A stretch of DNA of 64,000 bases from an uncultured Gammaproteobacteria bacterium (GCA_963775445.1 CAVZIT010000007.1:31086-95085); one strand, 5' to 3'. Shown: positions 1-10,681, counted from the first letter of the stretch. Notes: a model not told the origin generated them from the letters alone. Program-made: numbers and translations.

Positions 1-182
1 TCGTGTTTGCCGTGATGCACACCATCGTGCTTCCGCTGTCCGCCTTTCCGTTCCCGCAACGGTATTCGCTGCTCGGCACCGGTACCGATCTGTTGTCGCA
101 CATGTTCTTATTTGGATTGCCGATTGCGCTCGCCACGCGCAAGGCATCCACGATGACAGATCGTCGCAACAGGCCAACTTGA
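1..182 (+). CDS. 3' end of a small membrane protein (5'-truncated by window edge)
   Basis: Open frame from nt 3, VFAVMHTIVLPLSAFPF...SHMFLFGLPIALA, hydrophobic, ends at TGA 180-182. Confidence 0.6.
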   Translation, partial: VFAVMHTIVLPLSAFPFPQRYSLLGTGTDLLSHMFLFGLPIALATRKASTMTDRRNRPT

Positions 183-304
183 CCCTGGATCGCGCAATGG
201 CGCGGCGGTTGGCCAAGCTCGCCTGTCAAGGAGCGCGCGTCGATATTCGCCGATCGTCTCGACCGGCTTTTTCGATGCGCATTTCACAGCAACCGGATGG
301 ATTC

Positions 305-775
305 ATGGACAATACGGCGCTGCCGCACATTCGCAAGGCCGTGCTCGGCGACGCGGGGCAGATCGGACGTCTGGCCGCTGAGCTCGGCTATCCGGCGACG
401 AATCAGGACATCGCCTCCCGGCTCGAGGCGTTATTGCGGTTGCCGAGTCATTTCGTTGCAGTGGCTGAAGATGAAAGCGCACTCGTTGGCTGGGTGGCAG
501 TGGAGGAGCGCCTGCTGCTCGTTTCCGGCAAGAAGGCCGAGTTGATGGGACTGATCGTCGCCCCGGCGGCAAGACGCCACGGCATCGGCAAGATGCTCGT
601 GCAAGCCGCCGAATGCTGGGCCTTGGAGCAAGGTTTCGACGCGATCATGGTGCGCTCGAATGTCGCGAGACCCGAATCGCATTCGTTCTACGAAGACATT
701 GGCTATACCCGCAACAAGACGCAGCATGCCTATTTCAAGCGGTTGTCCTCCGATCCCGGATCGGCCAGTGCATGA
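305..775 (+). CDS. GNAT family N-acetyltransferase
   Basis: IRKAVLGDAGQIGRL start and acetyl-CoA motif A LIVAPAARRHGIGKML; SHSFYEDIGY; ATG at 305 chosen over upstream TTG. Confidence 0.85.
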   Translation: MDNTALPHIRKAVLGDAGQIGRLAAELGYPATNQDIASRLEALLRLPSHFVAVAEDESALVGWVAVEERLLLVSGKKAELMGLIVAPAARRHGIGKMLVQAAECWALEQGFDAIMVRSNVARPESHSFYEDIGYTRNKTQHAYFKRLSSDPGSASA

Positions 776-914
776 GCACCTGAATCACGTCACGGCTGCG
801 CGCTGAATCGTTGCGAGAGAAGTCGACCCGCGCGTTTTCGAGGCGGCAGTGGTCGATGCGATGGGCGCATCGCGCTGGCGAATTTGCTCTCCGGCAATTT
901 GCGAGGGATTCGAC

Positions 915-1604
915 TCAGGCCGCTGCCTCACAACCGATGCCGCGTGCAATGCAGACACCGTCGAGCAACGCGTTGAGCGCGTCACACGCATCCGAAATCG
1001 CTGCCTCGATTTTCGGAGCGGCAGACGGATCCTTGCGTACCGCCTCGGTCAACATCGTCTTTTCCGATTCGGCATGCCAGACGTCCATGGTTTCATGGGC
1101 TTCGAAAAAACCCAACGCTGCCTGCGTGTCCAGTCCGTAGTTGCCCTTGAGCCCTTCGATTTTCGTCTTTGCCACTGCCGGCTGTTGCGACTCGTACGCA
1201 TACAGCGAGGCGAGGCCGCAGCGCCAGTCGCTGCGCGACAGCCGGTCGAACGTCGAGAGACATTTTTCGGTACCGGCTTCGAGTTCGGCATTCTCGACCG
1301 ATTCGCGCGAGGCACCGACAGCACCCGCGAATGCGAGCCACAGTTCGGGATGGTTCTGCGGTCCGGATTCCTCGTGGACGAGATTTTCCACAAGGCTCTG
1401 GCGCACATTCAGCTCGGGACAGTTCGAATGGACTGCGCTGACATAGCGCGGGAAACGCGCCTCCTGCGCGTAATACTGCCGGGCATAGTGCGCGAGATCC
1501 TCGCGCGTCAACGTGCCGGCCGTCCATGCGAGGTAGAACGGGTGCTTCAACAGGGACTTCGCCTCGAGGATGCTTTCAATTTCACGCCAGAACGAATCGA
1601 TCAC
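915..1604 (-). CDS. CADD/CT610-like heme-oxygenase-fold dimetal enzyme (putative self-sacrificing p-aminobenzoate synthase)
   Basis: SLLKHPFY, YARQYY, HEESGPQNHPELW, LYAYESQ, KTKIEGL, HETMDVWH motifs; GTG start 7 nt after AAGGAG. Confidence 0.8.
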   Translation of the reverse strand: MIDSFWREIESILEAKSLLKHPFYLAWTAGTLTREDLAHYARQYYAQEARFPRYVSAVHSNCPELNVRQSLVENLVHEESGPQNHPELWLAFAGAVGASRESVENAELEAGTEKCLSTFDRLSRSDWRCGLASLYAYESQQPAVAKTKIEGLKGNYGLDTQAALGFFEAHETMDVWHAESEKTMLTEAVRKDPSAAPKIEAAISDACDALNALLDGVCIARGIGCEAAA

Positions 1605-1770
1605 GGTCGAGCTCCTTGTCGTGGTCAAAGTGATTGAACGCCGGCCGGAACACGGCCGGTTCGCACCAAACCGCCCGGTGCGGTAGCTTACTCCACGGCG
1701 GCCGGGCAGTGGCGACGATTCGCCTTCAGTCGTACGGGATGCCGCCGCTGTTTCGTCAATGGGAAAAGCC

Positions 1771-2136
1771 ATGATCCTTGGTTTGCGCAGCGTGATCTAT
1801 CCGGCCCCCGATCTCGGCGCTGCGAAGGCCTGGTACGAACGCGTACTCGGCATCGAGCCTTATTTCGACGAGCCGTTCTATGTCGGATTTTCCGTCGGTG
1901 GTTTCGAACTCGGGTTGATTCCCGACGGTGAGCCAGGCATTGCCGGGGCACAAGCGTTATGGGGTTTCGCCAATGCCGACCGGGCACTCGCGCGACTGCT
2001 TGAACACGGCGCCAAACCTCTGCAGTCCGTGACCGAGGTCGGAGGTGGCGTGCGCGTGGCGGCAGTCGAGGATCCATTTGGCAACCGCTTCGGCCTCATC
2101 GAAAACCCGCGCTTTGATGCCAATGCAACGAGGTAG
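1771..2136 (+). CDS. VOC/glyoxalase family protein
   Basis: LGLRSVIYPAPDLGAAKAWYERVLG ... VTEVGGGVRVAAVEDPFGNRFGLIEN. Confidence 0.85.
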   Translation: MILGLRSVIYPAPDLGAAKAWYERVLGIEPYFDEPFYVGFSVGGFELGLIPDGEPGIAGAQALWGFANADRALARLLEHGAKPLQSVTEVGGGVRVAAVEDPFGNRFGLIENPRFDANATR

Positions 2137-2144
2137 ATACGGGC

Positions 2145-2642
2145 ATGTCAAACGAAAATTCCAACCTTCACGAAGGCGGCTGCACCTGCCGCGCCGTGCG
2201 GTATCGCATGATGAGCGCTCCGATGTTCGTGCACTGCTGTCATTGCCGCTGGTGCCAGCGCGAAACCGGCACGGCATTTGCGCTCAATGCGCTGATCGAA
2301 GCGGATCGCGTGGTGCTGATCGAGGGCGAGCCGGAAATCGTGATGACGCCGTCCAACAGCGGCAAGGGGCAGAAGATCAGCCGCTGTCCGGATTGCCGCA
2401 TCGCCGTATGGAGCACCTACGCAGGGGCCGGCGATGCCTTCCGCTTCGTGCGCGTTGGCACCCTCGACGACCCCGATCGCCTGCCGCCGGATATCCATAT
2501 TTTCACTGCATCGAAGCAGCCGTGGGTGGTGATTCCGGCCGGCATGCCGGCGGTCGCGGAATACTACAATCGCGACGATCACTGGCCCGTCGAGAGCATC
2601 GCTCGGCGTCGGGCTCAACTCGCGTCCACGGCCAATGCCTAG
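2145..2642 (+). CDS. GFA/CENP-V family zinc protein
   Basis: EGGCTCRAVRY, HCCHCRWCQR, RCPDC, HIFTASKQPW. Confidence 0.9.
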   Translation: MSNENSNLHEGGCTCRAVRYRMMSAPMFVHCCHCRWCQRETGTAFALNALIEADRVVLIEGEPEIVMTPSNSGKGQKISRCPDCRIAVWSTYAGAGDAFRFVRVGTLDDPDRLPPDIHIFTASKQPWVVIPAGMPAVAEYYNRDDHWPVESIARRRAQLASTANA

Positions 2643-4081
2643 GATTTCTCCGGGTCGCGGATCACCAGCAGGCGGATTTCCGTCATGTCCTCGATCGCGT
2701 AACGGATGCCTTCGCGCCCGAGTCCGGAATCCTTGACACCCCCGTAAGGCATGTTGTCGACGCGGAAACTCGACACGTCGCCAACTACCACTCCGCCAAC
2801 GTCGAGCCGGTCCCAGGCACGCATGACCTTGTCGAGATCGTTGGTGAACAGCCCCGCCTGCAGGCCGAATTCGCTGTCGTTGACTGCGTCGAGGGCCTTG
2901 TCGAAGTCGCGGTAGGGCTGCAGCAGTGCAACCGGGCCGAACGCTTCCATGCAGCTCACCTTCTGTTTCGGATCGACGCCTTCGAGCACGCTTGCATCGA
3001 GCATCGCGCCAACTCGCTTGCCGCCGCACAGCAATTTGGCACCGGATGCCACCGCTTCCTGAATCCAGCCGTCGAGACGTTTGGCTTCCTTCTCGTCGAT
3101 CATCGGACCAACGAAGGTGTTTTCGTCCTTCGGGTCTCCACTGCGAAGCTCCCTGGTCGCCGCGACAAAACGATCGCGCACGTCGCTGTAAATATCCTCG
3201 TGCACCAGGATGCGCTGCACGCCGATGCAACTCTGGCCGGACTGGTAGAAAGCACCGAAGATCAGACGCTCGATCACGTAGTCGAGCCGATCACGCTGAT
3301 CGGCGTCGACGATGCATGCCGCGTTGCCGCCGAGTTCCAGCACGACTTTCTTCTTGCCGGCCTTGGCCTTGAGTTCCCAGCCCACCGCGGGTGAGCCGGT
3401 GAACGAGAGCAGTTTCAGGCGCTCGTCGGTAGTGAAAAGATCGGCGCCGTCGCGGTGCGCAGGCAGGATCGAGAAGGCACCTTTCGGAAGATCGGTTTCG
3501 GCCAGCACCTCGCCGATGATCAGCGCGCCGATCGGCGTGCGGCTGGCCGGCTTGAGCACGAACGGACACCCGGCCGCAATCGCCGGTGCAACCTTGTGCG
3601 CTGCAAGATTGAGCGGAAAGTTGAATGGCGAGATGAAGGAGCATGCACCGATCGGCACGCGTCGCGTGAAACCGCGATAGCCTTTGGCACGCGCGGAAAT
3701 TTCGAGATTCAGCACTTCGCCGTCGATGCGCACGGCTTCCTCGGCCGCGATCTTGAAGGTATCGATCAGGCGGGTGACTTCGCCTTTCGAATCCTTGATC
3801 GGTTTGCCGGCTTCGATGCAGAGCGCCATCGCCATTTCGTCGAACCGCTCGCGAAAGCGTGCAACGCAGTGCTCGAGCACCGCCTGGCGCTGGTAGGGCG
3901 CGAACTTGCGCAACGGTTCTTCGGCGTCGACTGCCGCCGCGATCGCCGTGTCGATCGCCTTGGCATCGGCCAACGCGACGCGCGTCGCGACCTTGCCCGA
4001 GAACTTGTCGGTGACTTCAAGATCGGTGTTGGGTTGTTCGGCCTTGTTCGCGAGATAGTACGGATAGGTGGGCTTGAGCAT
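2639..4081 (-). CDS. Aldehyde dehydrogenase family protein
   Basis: ISPFNFPLNL, FTGSPAVG, LELGGNAA (catalytic Glu), GQSCIG (catalytic Cys), MEAFGPV, MPYGGVKDSGLGREG. Confidence 0.95.
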   Translation of the reverse strand: MLKPTYPYYLANKAEQPNTDLEVTDKFSGKVATRVALADAKAIDTAIAAAVDAEEPLRKFAPYQRQAVLEHCVARFRERFDEMAMALCIEAGKPIKDSKGEVTRLIDTFKIAAEEAVRIDGEVLNLEISARAKGYRGFTRRVPIGACSFISPFNFPLNLAAHKVAPAIAAGCPFVLKPASRTPIGALIIGEVLAETDLPKGAFSILPAHRDGADLFTTDERLKLLSFTGSPAVGWELKAKAGKKKVVLELGGNAACIVDADQRDRLDYVIERLIFGAFYQSGQSCIGVQRILVHEDIYSDVRDRFVAATRELRSGDPKDENTFVGPMIDEKEAKRLDGWIQEAVASGAKLLCGGKRVGAMLDASVLEGVDPKQKVSCMEAFGPVALLQPYRDFDKALDAVNDSEFGLQAGLFTNDLDKVMRAWDRLDVGGVVVGDVSSFRVDNMPYGGVKDSGLGREGIRYAIEDMTEIRLLVIRDPEKS

Positions 4082-4123
4082 GAAGATTCCCTTTGAGTCG
4101 GGCGTTAATCGCCGAGCGAAGCG

Positions 4124-5764
4124 TCACAGCGCCGCGCTCAGTTCGCGGATTTCCTTGTTGAGCACGCGGTCGTTGTCCGAGTAGTCGACAGGCGTATCGA
4201 TCAGGTGCACACCCGGCGTCGCGAGGCACTTTTCCAGCATCGGCAGGAAATCGGCCGCCGACTCGGGACGGTGTCCGTGCGCGCCGTAGCTTTCGGCGTA
4301 GGCAACGAAATCCGGATTGCCCATGTCCATGCCGAAATTCGGAAAGTCCATGTGCGCCTGTTTCCACTTGATCATGCCGTAGGCATTGTCGCGCAGCAGC
4401 AATACGGTCAGGTCCAGCTTCAGCCGCACGGCCGTCTCGAGCTCCTGCGAATTCATCATGAAGCCACCGTCGCCCGCAATCGCGAGCACCTTGCGCTTCG
4501 GATGCACGATCTTCGCGCCAATCGCCGACGGCAAACCCGCACCCATCGTCGCGAGCGCATTGTCGAGCAGGAAAGTATTGGGTTTGTGGCAACGGTAGTA
4601 GCGCGCGAACCAGATCTTGTACATGCCGTTGTCGAGGCAGGCAATGCCATCGTCCGGCATCGCGCGGCGCACGTCGGCGACCAGACGCACCGGATACATC
4701 GGGAATCGATCATCGTCGGCGCCGGTTGCAAGGTGCGCATCAAGGCGTTCGCGCACCTTGTTGAAATACGCGAAATCCCAGTGCTTTTGCGGCTCGATGC
4801 CCTGCTTGAAGCGCCAGATCGAATTGGCGATGTCACCGACCACTTCGATCTGCGGGAAATACACCGAATCGACTTCAGCCGGCACGAAGTTCACGTGGAT
4901 TACCGTGCGTTTGCCCTCGCGCATGAAGAACGGCGGCTTCTCGATCACGTCGTGGCCGGCATTGATGATGAGATCGGCATGATCGATCGCGCGATGCACG
5001 AAATCCCCGTCCGACAGGGTGGCGTTGCCGAGCCATAGCGGATGGGTTTCGTCCAGCACGCCCTTGCCCATCTGCGTGGTGAAGAACGGGATGCCGGTGT
5101 GGTCGACCAATTCGCGCAGCATCTTGCTGCACAGCTTGCGATTGGCGCCGGCGCCGACCATCAGCAACGGGCGCTTGGCTGCAAGAATCGCCTCGATCGC
5201 ATGATGCACGGCCTTGTAGTCGGCAACCGGCCTGCGGCTGTAGCTCTTCGGAATCAGTTTTGAATCGGAATCGTCGCGGGCGATGTCTTCGGGCAGCTCG
5301 AGGTGCGTCGCGCCCGGACGCTCTTCCTCGGCCCGGCGAAACGCTTCGCGTACCCGCGCCGGGATGTTGTCGGCCGACGCGAGCTGCTGTGTGTATTTGG
5401 TGAGCGGGCGCATCATGTCGACGACATCGACGATCTGGAAATGGCCCTGCTTGGACAACTTGATCGGTTTCTGCCCCGTGATCATGAGCATCGGCATCGC
5501 GCCGAGCTGCGCATACGCCGCCGCCGTCACGAAATTGGTCGCGCCAGGGCCAAGCGTCGCCAGACACACGCCAGCATGGCCGGTGAGACGCCCGTAGGTG
5601 GCTGCCATGAATCCAGCGCCCTGCTCGTGACGCGTGAGAACCAGCTTGATCGAGGACTCGCGCAACGCCTCGAGCAGATCGAGATTTTCCTCGCCGGGAA
5701 TGCCGAAGATGGTAGTCACGCCCTCGGCTTCAAGCGCCTTGACGAACAATTCAGCGGCTTTCAT
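4124..5764 (-). CDS. Acetolactate synthase large-subunit-like ThDP enzyme
   Basis: FGIPGEEN, TRHEQGAGFMA, TLGPGATN, GDGGFMMN...DNAYGMI ThDP-binding motif. Confidence 0.9.
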   Translation of the reverse strand: MKAAELFVKALEAEGVTTIFGIPGEENLDLLEALRESSIKLVLTRHEQGAGFMAATYGRLTGHAGVCLATLGPGATNFVTAAAYAQLGAMPMLMITGQKPIKLSKQGHFQIVDVVDMMRPLTKYTQQLASADNIPARVREAFRRAEEERPGATHLELPEDIARDDSDSKLIPKSYSRRPVADYKAVHHAIEAILAAKRPLLMVGAGANRKLCSKMLRELVDHTGIPFFTTQMGKGVLDETHPLWLGNATLSDGDFVHRAIDHADLIINAGHDVIEKPPFFMREGKRTVIHVNFVPAEVDSVYFPQIEVVGDIANSIWRFKQGIEPQKHWDFAYFNKVRERLDAHLATGADDDRFPMYPVRLVADVRRAMPDDGIACLDNGMYKIWFARYYRCHKPNTFLLDNALATMGAGLPSAIGAKIVHPKRKVLAIAGDGGFMMNSQELETAVRLKLDLTVLLLRDNAYGMIKWKQAHMDFPNFGMDMGNPDFVAYAESYGAHGHRPESAADFLPMLEKCLATPGVHLIDTPVDYSDNDRVLNKEIRELSAAL

Positions 5765-6240
5765 TGGCATCCCCCTCGTTTGGCTGGCCGTCGATTGTGG
5801 AGGTCAACGGCAATCGGCGCAATTCGCAGCGTGATTTGGGGCATCGGGTGATGGCCGCTCTTCGCCAGTCCCGTGCATCTCGTAAGTAGCGGGTCGCCTC
5901 AAGAATCCGAACTCGACGCTTTCGCGCGCGCCACCGGCCCGTTCGCCGTTTCGTTGGTCGGATTCCGCTCCGAGGCCATTGCCCGGCAAGCGACACGTCC
6001 TGCATCCTTGTTCACTTGCCGAAGCGCGCGTTCCAGGGCGGCCGGCACGAGCGTCAGAAGCAGAAAGCAGCCTGCGACATTTGGCTGGGATCGCAAACAC
6101 TCGGGTCACGAACGCCGGCCAAATGCATCGAGCAGCACCGAATGGCGCCTAACTGGACACTTTCTTCGTCATATCGCAGACTGGCCAACCGCCAAGGGCC
6201 GCAACCGCCCTTCAGAGCGAATCCATTCGAGGCGCTACCG

Positions 6241-6690
6241 TTGTCCCGCATCCTGGTATTGCACGGACCCAACCTCAATCTGCTCGGCGCACGCGAGCCG
6301 GAGCATTATGGCAATACCTCGCTTGCCACGATCGATGCCGAACTGGCAGCGATCGCCAGCGCCGCGGGGCACGACCTCACCGCATTCCAGTCCAATGCCG
6401 AGCACGCGCTGATCGACCGCGTCCAGCAGGCGCGCGACGAAGGGACCGCGATAATCCTTTTCAATCCGGCTGGATTCACGCATACCAGCGTGGCGCTGCG
6501 CGATGCGCTGGCCGCCGTCGCGATTCCGTTCGTCGAGGTGCATCTGTCGAATCCACTGGCGCGCGAAGCGTTCCGACGCGAGTCCCTGTTTGCGGATATC
6601 GCGTGCGGAGTGGTGCTGGGATTCGGGGCGGACAGCTATCGAGTCGCGCTCGATGCGGCGATGCGCCGGCTGACGGCGGCGACACCGTAA
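6241..6690 (+). CDS. aroQ: Type II 3-dehydroquinate dehydratase
   Basis: [46 protein letters not shown] start. Confidence 0.95.
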   Translation: MSRILVLHGPNLNLLGAREPEHYGNTSLATIDAELAAIASAAGHDLTAFQSNAEHALIDRVQQARDEGTAIILFNPAGFTHTSVALRDALAAVAIPFVEVHLSNPLAREAFRRESLFADIACGVVLGFGADSYRVALDAAMRRLTAATP

Positions 6691-6779
6691 AAAATGTCCA
6701 TTTGCGATTCAGCAGACGGCACTCGCGGCGCAAACGCCGCCACAAGCGCCTCGTTCGATCATGACAACAGGGTTTCATC

Positions 6780-7256
6780 ATGGATCTACGCAAGATCAAG
6801 AAGCTGATCGATCTGCTCGAAGGATCGAATCTCGCCGAACTGGAGATCCGCGAAGGCGAGGAAAGCGTGCGCCTCTCGCGCATCCCCAAGTCCGCCCCTG
6901 CGGCACCGGCCGCGAGCGCTGCACCTGCCCGCGCGGTCGCCGTCGCCAGCCCGCTTGACGCGGCAGCACCGCAGGCGGCTTTCGGGATCGATCCCGAAAG
7001 CGCGCTGCCGGCCGGGCATATCGTGCGCTCGCCCATGGTCGGTACGTTCTATTCGGCGCCCGATCCGCAGTCGCCCGCTTTCGCCAATGTCGGACAAAAA
7101 GTAAAAGCCGGCGACACGCTCGGTATCATCGAAGCGATGAAGATGTTCAACCAGATCGAGGCCGATATCGATGGCGTGCTGCTGGCGATTGCGGCGGAAA
7201 ACGGCCAACCGGTCGAGTTCGACGAGCCGCTGTTCGTCATCGGACCCAAAGTCTAG
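6780..7256 (+). CDS. accB: Acetyl-CoA carboxylase biotin carboxyl carrier protein
   Basis: [10 protein letters not shown], Ala/Pro linker, IEAMKM biotinylation site. Confidence 0.97.
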   Translation: MDLRKIKKLIDLLEGSNLAELEIREGEESVRLSRIPKSAPAAPAASAAPARAVAVASPLDAAAPQAAFGIDPESALPAGHIVRSPMVGTFYSAPDPQSPAFANVGQKVKAGDTLGIIEAMKMFNQIEADIDGVLLAIAAENGQPVEFDEPLFVIGPKV

Positions 7257-7312
7257 GACGCGCGATTCATGCGCCCGGACCATTTCCTGACACACGTGAG
7301 CTGCTGACCCGA

Positions 7313-8671
7313 ATGCTCGACAAGGTCGTCATCGCCAATCGTGGCGAAATCGCATTGCGTGTGCTGCGTGCCTGCCACGCGCTTGGCATCCGCACGGTGG
7401 CCGTGCATTCGACCGTGGATCGCAACCTCAAGCATGTCGGCATGGCCGACGAGTCGATCTGCATTGGACCGGCGGCTGCCGCCGAAAGCTATCTCAACGT
7501 ACCCGCGATCATCGCCGCGGCCGAAGTCACCGATGCCAGCGCAATCCATCCTGGATACGGTTTCCTGGCCGAAAACGCCGATTTCGCCGAACGCGTCGAA
7601 CAATCCGGCTTCGTGTTCGTCGGCCCGACGCCCGCGGTCATCCGCTTGATGGGAGACAAGGTGCAGGCCATCAAGGCGATGCGCGAAGCCGGCGTGCCGT
7701 GCGTGCCCGGTTCCGATGGCCCGCTCGGCGACGACATCGGCGGCAATACGCGCATCGCGCGCGGCATCGGTTATCCGGTCATCGTCAAGGCGGCGGGCGG
7801 CGGCGGCGGTCGTGGCATGCGCGTCGTGCACACCGAGGCGCATCTCGCCAACGCGATCTCGATGACGCGTTCGGAGGCCAAGGCCGCTTTCGGCAACAAC
7901 CAGTTGTACATGGAGAAATTCCTCGAGAATCCGCGCCACATCGAAATCCAGGTGCTCGCCGACGGGCAAGGCAACGCGATCCATCTGAACGAGCGCGACT
8001 GCTCGATGCAACGTCGTCACCAGAAGGTGTTGGAGGAAGCCCCGGCGCCCGGCATCACCGCGGCGCAGCGCGCCGAGATCGGCAGGACCTGCGTCGAGGC
8101 CTGTCTGCGCATGGGTTACCGCGGCGCCGGCACCTTCGAATTCCTTTACGAAGATGGGCGCTTCTACTTCATCGAAATGAATACGCGCATCCAGGTCGAG
8201 CATCCGGTCACCGAAATGATCACGGGCATCGACCTCGTGCGCGAGCAGCTCCTGATCGCCGGCGGCGAGAAACTCACGATCGCGCAGGACGACATCGAAC
8301 CTGTCGGGCACGCGATCGAGTGTCGCATCAATGCCGAGGACGCGGAGACCTTCATGCCGAGCCCCGGAACGGTGAAACGCCTCGAATCACCGGGCGGACC
8401 AGGAGTGCGCGTCGACACCCACGTCTACGACGGCTATCGCATTCCGCCCAACTACGATTCGATGATCGGCAAGTTGATCGTGCACGGACGCGACAGGCAA
8501 ACCGCCATTGCGCGCATGCGTATCGCGCTCTCGGAAATGGTGGTCGAAGGCATCAAGACCAACATACCGTTGCAGCAACGCATTCTGTCCGATGGCGGTT
8601 TCCAGCGCGGCTCGCAGAACATCCACTATCTCGAAAGACATCTGATCGCCAGCAAGACCTCTTCGGCATGA
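7313..8671 (+). CDS. accC: Acetyl-CoA carboxylase biotin carboxylase
   Basis: [54 protein letters not shown]. Confidence 0.97.
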   Translation: MLDKVVIANRGEIALRVLRACHALGIRTVAVHSTVDRNLKHVGMADESICIGPAAAAESYLNVPAIIAAAEVTDASAIHPGYGFLAENADFAERVEQSGFVFVGPTPAVIRLMGDKVQAIKAMREAGVPCVPGSDGPLGDDIGGNTRIARGIGYPVIVKAAGGGGGRGMRVVHTEAHLANAISMTRSEAKAAFGNNQLYMEKFLENPRHIEIQVLADGQGNAIHLNERDCSMQRRHQKVLEEAPAPGITAAQRAEIGRTCVEACLRMGYRGAGTFEFLYEDGRFYFIEMNTRIQVEHPVTEMITGIDLVREQLLIAGGEKLTIAQDDIEPVGHAIECRINAEDAETFMPSPGTVKRLESPGGPGVRVDTHVYDGYRIPPNYDSMIGKLIVHGRDRQTAIARMRIALSEMVVEGIKTNIPLQQRILSDGGFQRGSQNIHYLERHLIASKTSSA

Positions 8672-8725
8672 TTCAGCCGGGGTGCCGCTCACATGGCGCG
8701 GGGCGCAGCGCAGCCTGCACACGCG

Positions 8726-9619
8726 ATGCCGATGGCCTGGCTTGAACTCTCGGTCAAAGCGCACGCCGACCAGCTGGCCGACATCGAAGTGGCACTGGAA
8801 GAGCTCGGCGCGTTATCGATTACGCTCGAAGATGCCGCCGACGCACCGATCCTCGAGCCGGCTCCAGGCGAAACGCCGGTGTGGCCAACCATCGCCTTGT
8901 CCGCGTTGTTCGCATCCGACAGCGATCGGGCCGATCTGGTCGCGGCGCTGATCGCGCGCATGCCCGCGCTTGCGACGCATCCGCCGATCTGTCGCGACAT
9001 TGCGGATCAGGACTGGACACGCGTGTGGATGGATCGCTTCGGACCGATGCAATTCGGCAGGCGGCTGTGGATCTATCCTTCGACCATCGAACCGCCTGCC
9101 GACGAGGCAGCAATCGTCGTGCGTCTCGATCCCGGGCTGGCTTTCGGCAGCGGCACACACCCGACGACCGCGTTGTGCCTCGAATGGCTCGATGCAGTCG
9201 AACCGGCCGGTCTCACCGTCATTGACTATGGTTGTGGTTCCGGTGTGCTCGCAATCGCCGCGCTCAAGCTCGGCGCAACGCACGCGCTAGGGATCGACAA
9301 CGATCCGCAGGCACTCGTTGCCAGTCGCGACAACGCCGTGCGCAATGGCGTTGCCGATCGCCTCGATCTTGCCACTCCCGAAAATGCGAGCGGGATTTCT
9401 TCGGACTTGCTCATGGCCAATATCCTTGCAGGCCCGCTGAGTGAACTCGCTCCGCACCTCGCCATGAGCGTCAAGCCCGGTGGCCGGCTCGCGCTATCCG
9501 GTATTCTGCAAAGTCAGCAAGACGAACTGCTTGAGCGTTATCGAACATGGTTCGAAAATCTGAACGTGACGGTGCGAGAAGACTGGCTACGAATCGACGG
9601 AACGCGCCGAACGCACTGA
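8726..9619 (+). CDS. prmA: Ribosomal protein L11 methyltransferase
   Basis: DPGLAFGSGTHPTT, IDYGCGSGVLAIAA, MANILAGPL, LSGIL; follows accC. Confidence 0.95.
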   Translation: MPMAWLELSVKAHADQLADIEVALEELGALSITLEDAADAPILEPAPGETPVWPTIALSALFASDSDRADLVAALIARMPALATHPPICRDIADQDWTRVWMDRFGPMQFGRRLWIYPSTIEPPADEAAIVVRLDPGLAFGSGTHPTTALCLEWLDAVEPAGLTVIDYGCGSGVLAIAALKLGATHALGIDNDPQALVASRDNAVRNGVADRLDLATPENASGISSDLLMANILAGPLSELAPHLAMSVKPGGRLALSGILQSQQDELLERYRTWFENLNVTVREDWLRIDGTRRTH

Positions 9620-9694
9620 CCCGGATCGCGTGATTTGCTATCGTGATTTGCCCCGCCGCGGATTTCGCTGCCTTGTTGCATTGCCCGTCCTGCC

Positions 9695-10483
9695 ATGTAC
9701 ACCCAGTGCCCCGAATGCCTCACCATTTTCCAGGTTGATGTGACCGACATCTCCGGGGCACACGCCAGCGTGCGTTGTGGCCACTGCGCCGCGGTATTCG
9801 ATGCGCTTGTCACGCTCGCAGCGGAACTGCCGCCGGAACCGATCAACCGTCTGGCGCAACACCCGGTGCTGTCCATTCCGCCGCAACTTGGCTCGCCGGT
9901 GTATCGACCACATCCTGATCAAGGCGCCCTGTTCCATGATCCGGACGAGCGCAAACCTGCGGGGCGACCGCCATCGTCGCCGGCGTTCGCACGGCGGCGG
10001 CGCCGCGAACGCAATCAGCGCAACTGGCCGTGGCTTGCCGCGAGCGCGCTGTTGCTGTTGACGCTTGGCACCCAGATCGCATGGGGTGAGCGCTCGCAAT
10101 GGGTCGACAGCAACGCCGCGCGCCCGTGGCTCGATCAGTTGTGCGCGCGGGTCGGCTGTCGGTTGCCGTTGCGTCACGATATCGCGTCGCTCAAGTTGTT
10201 GTCGCGCGATATCCGGCCGCATCCGAGCGTCGCCAATGCGCTGATCATTTCTGCGACGCTGCGTAACGACGCGCCGTTCACGCAGGCGTTTCCGATCGTC
10301 GACATCACGCTGTCCGATCTCGATGACAACCGTGTCGCGATGCGTCGTTTCCGGCCGCGCGAGTACGTCGGCGATCCTCGCCTGATCGAATCCGGGCTGC
10401 GTTCCGGCGCGACCACTGCGCTGATATTCGAAGTCGAAGATCCTGGCCACAACGCCGTCGCATTCGCATTTGATTTCCAGTGA
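9695..10483 (+). CDS. Zinc-ribbon + DUF3426 domain protein
   Basis: MYTQCPECLT...VRCGHC zinc ribbon, one TM helix, conserved position between prmA and fis. Confidence 0.85.
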   Translation: MYTQCPECLTIFQVDVTDISGAHASVRCGHCAAVFDALVTLAAELPPEPINRLAQHPVLSIPPQLGSPVYRPHPDQGALFHDPDERKPAGRPPSSPAFARRRRRERNQRNWPWLAASALLLLTLGTQIAWGERSQWVDSNAARPWLDQLCARVGCRLPLRHDIASLKLLSRDIRPHPSVANALIISATLRNDAPFTQAFPIVDITLSDLDDNRVAMRRFRPREYVGDPRLIESGLRSGATTALIFEVEDPGHNAVAFAFDFQ

Positions 10484-10681
10484 GGCTGCGAGGGCGGGGC
10501 CCGCATCCTCAACGCTTACATGAGGTATCACGCGCAAGTGGCGATGCGCGCGCGCCATGCCAACTGCCGTGAAAATTCTGCGCCGAAAGGACTTACCAGC
10601 GTGCGGTTGCAGCGTTACTATGGTCGCTCCGCAGAAGGCCGCGGGCACTGCAACAAATCGTCGTCTGGGGGCTTTCCCGTT

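Noticed and set aside
1605-1760. Known riboswitch (TPP, THF-I/II, ZTP, guanidine, yybP-ykoY)
   Set aside because: Hallmark sequences (CUGAGA; GACUGGCG with CGCCUGGG; UGGGAGAC; GGGGAGUAGC) not present; kept only as an unknown structured leader
5765-6240. Possible small gene or remnant in the 470-nt gap before aroQ (e.g. ORF 5899-6096)
   Set aside because: No recognisable motif, RBS or similarity to the dsbD/TlpA genes often found there; treated as divergent promoter region
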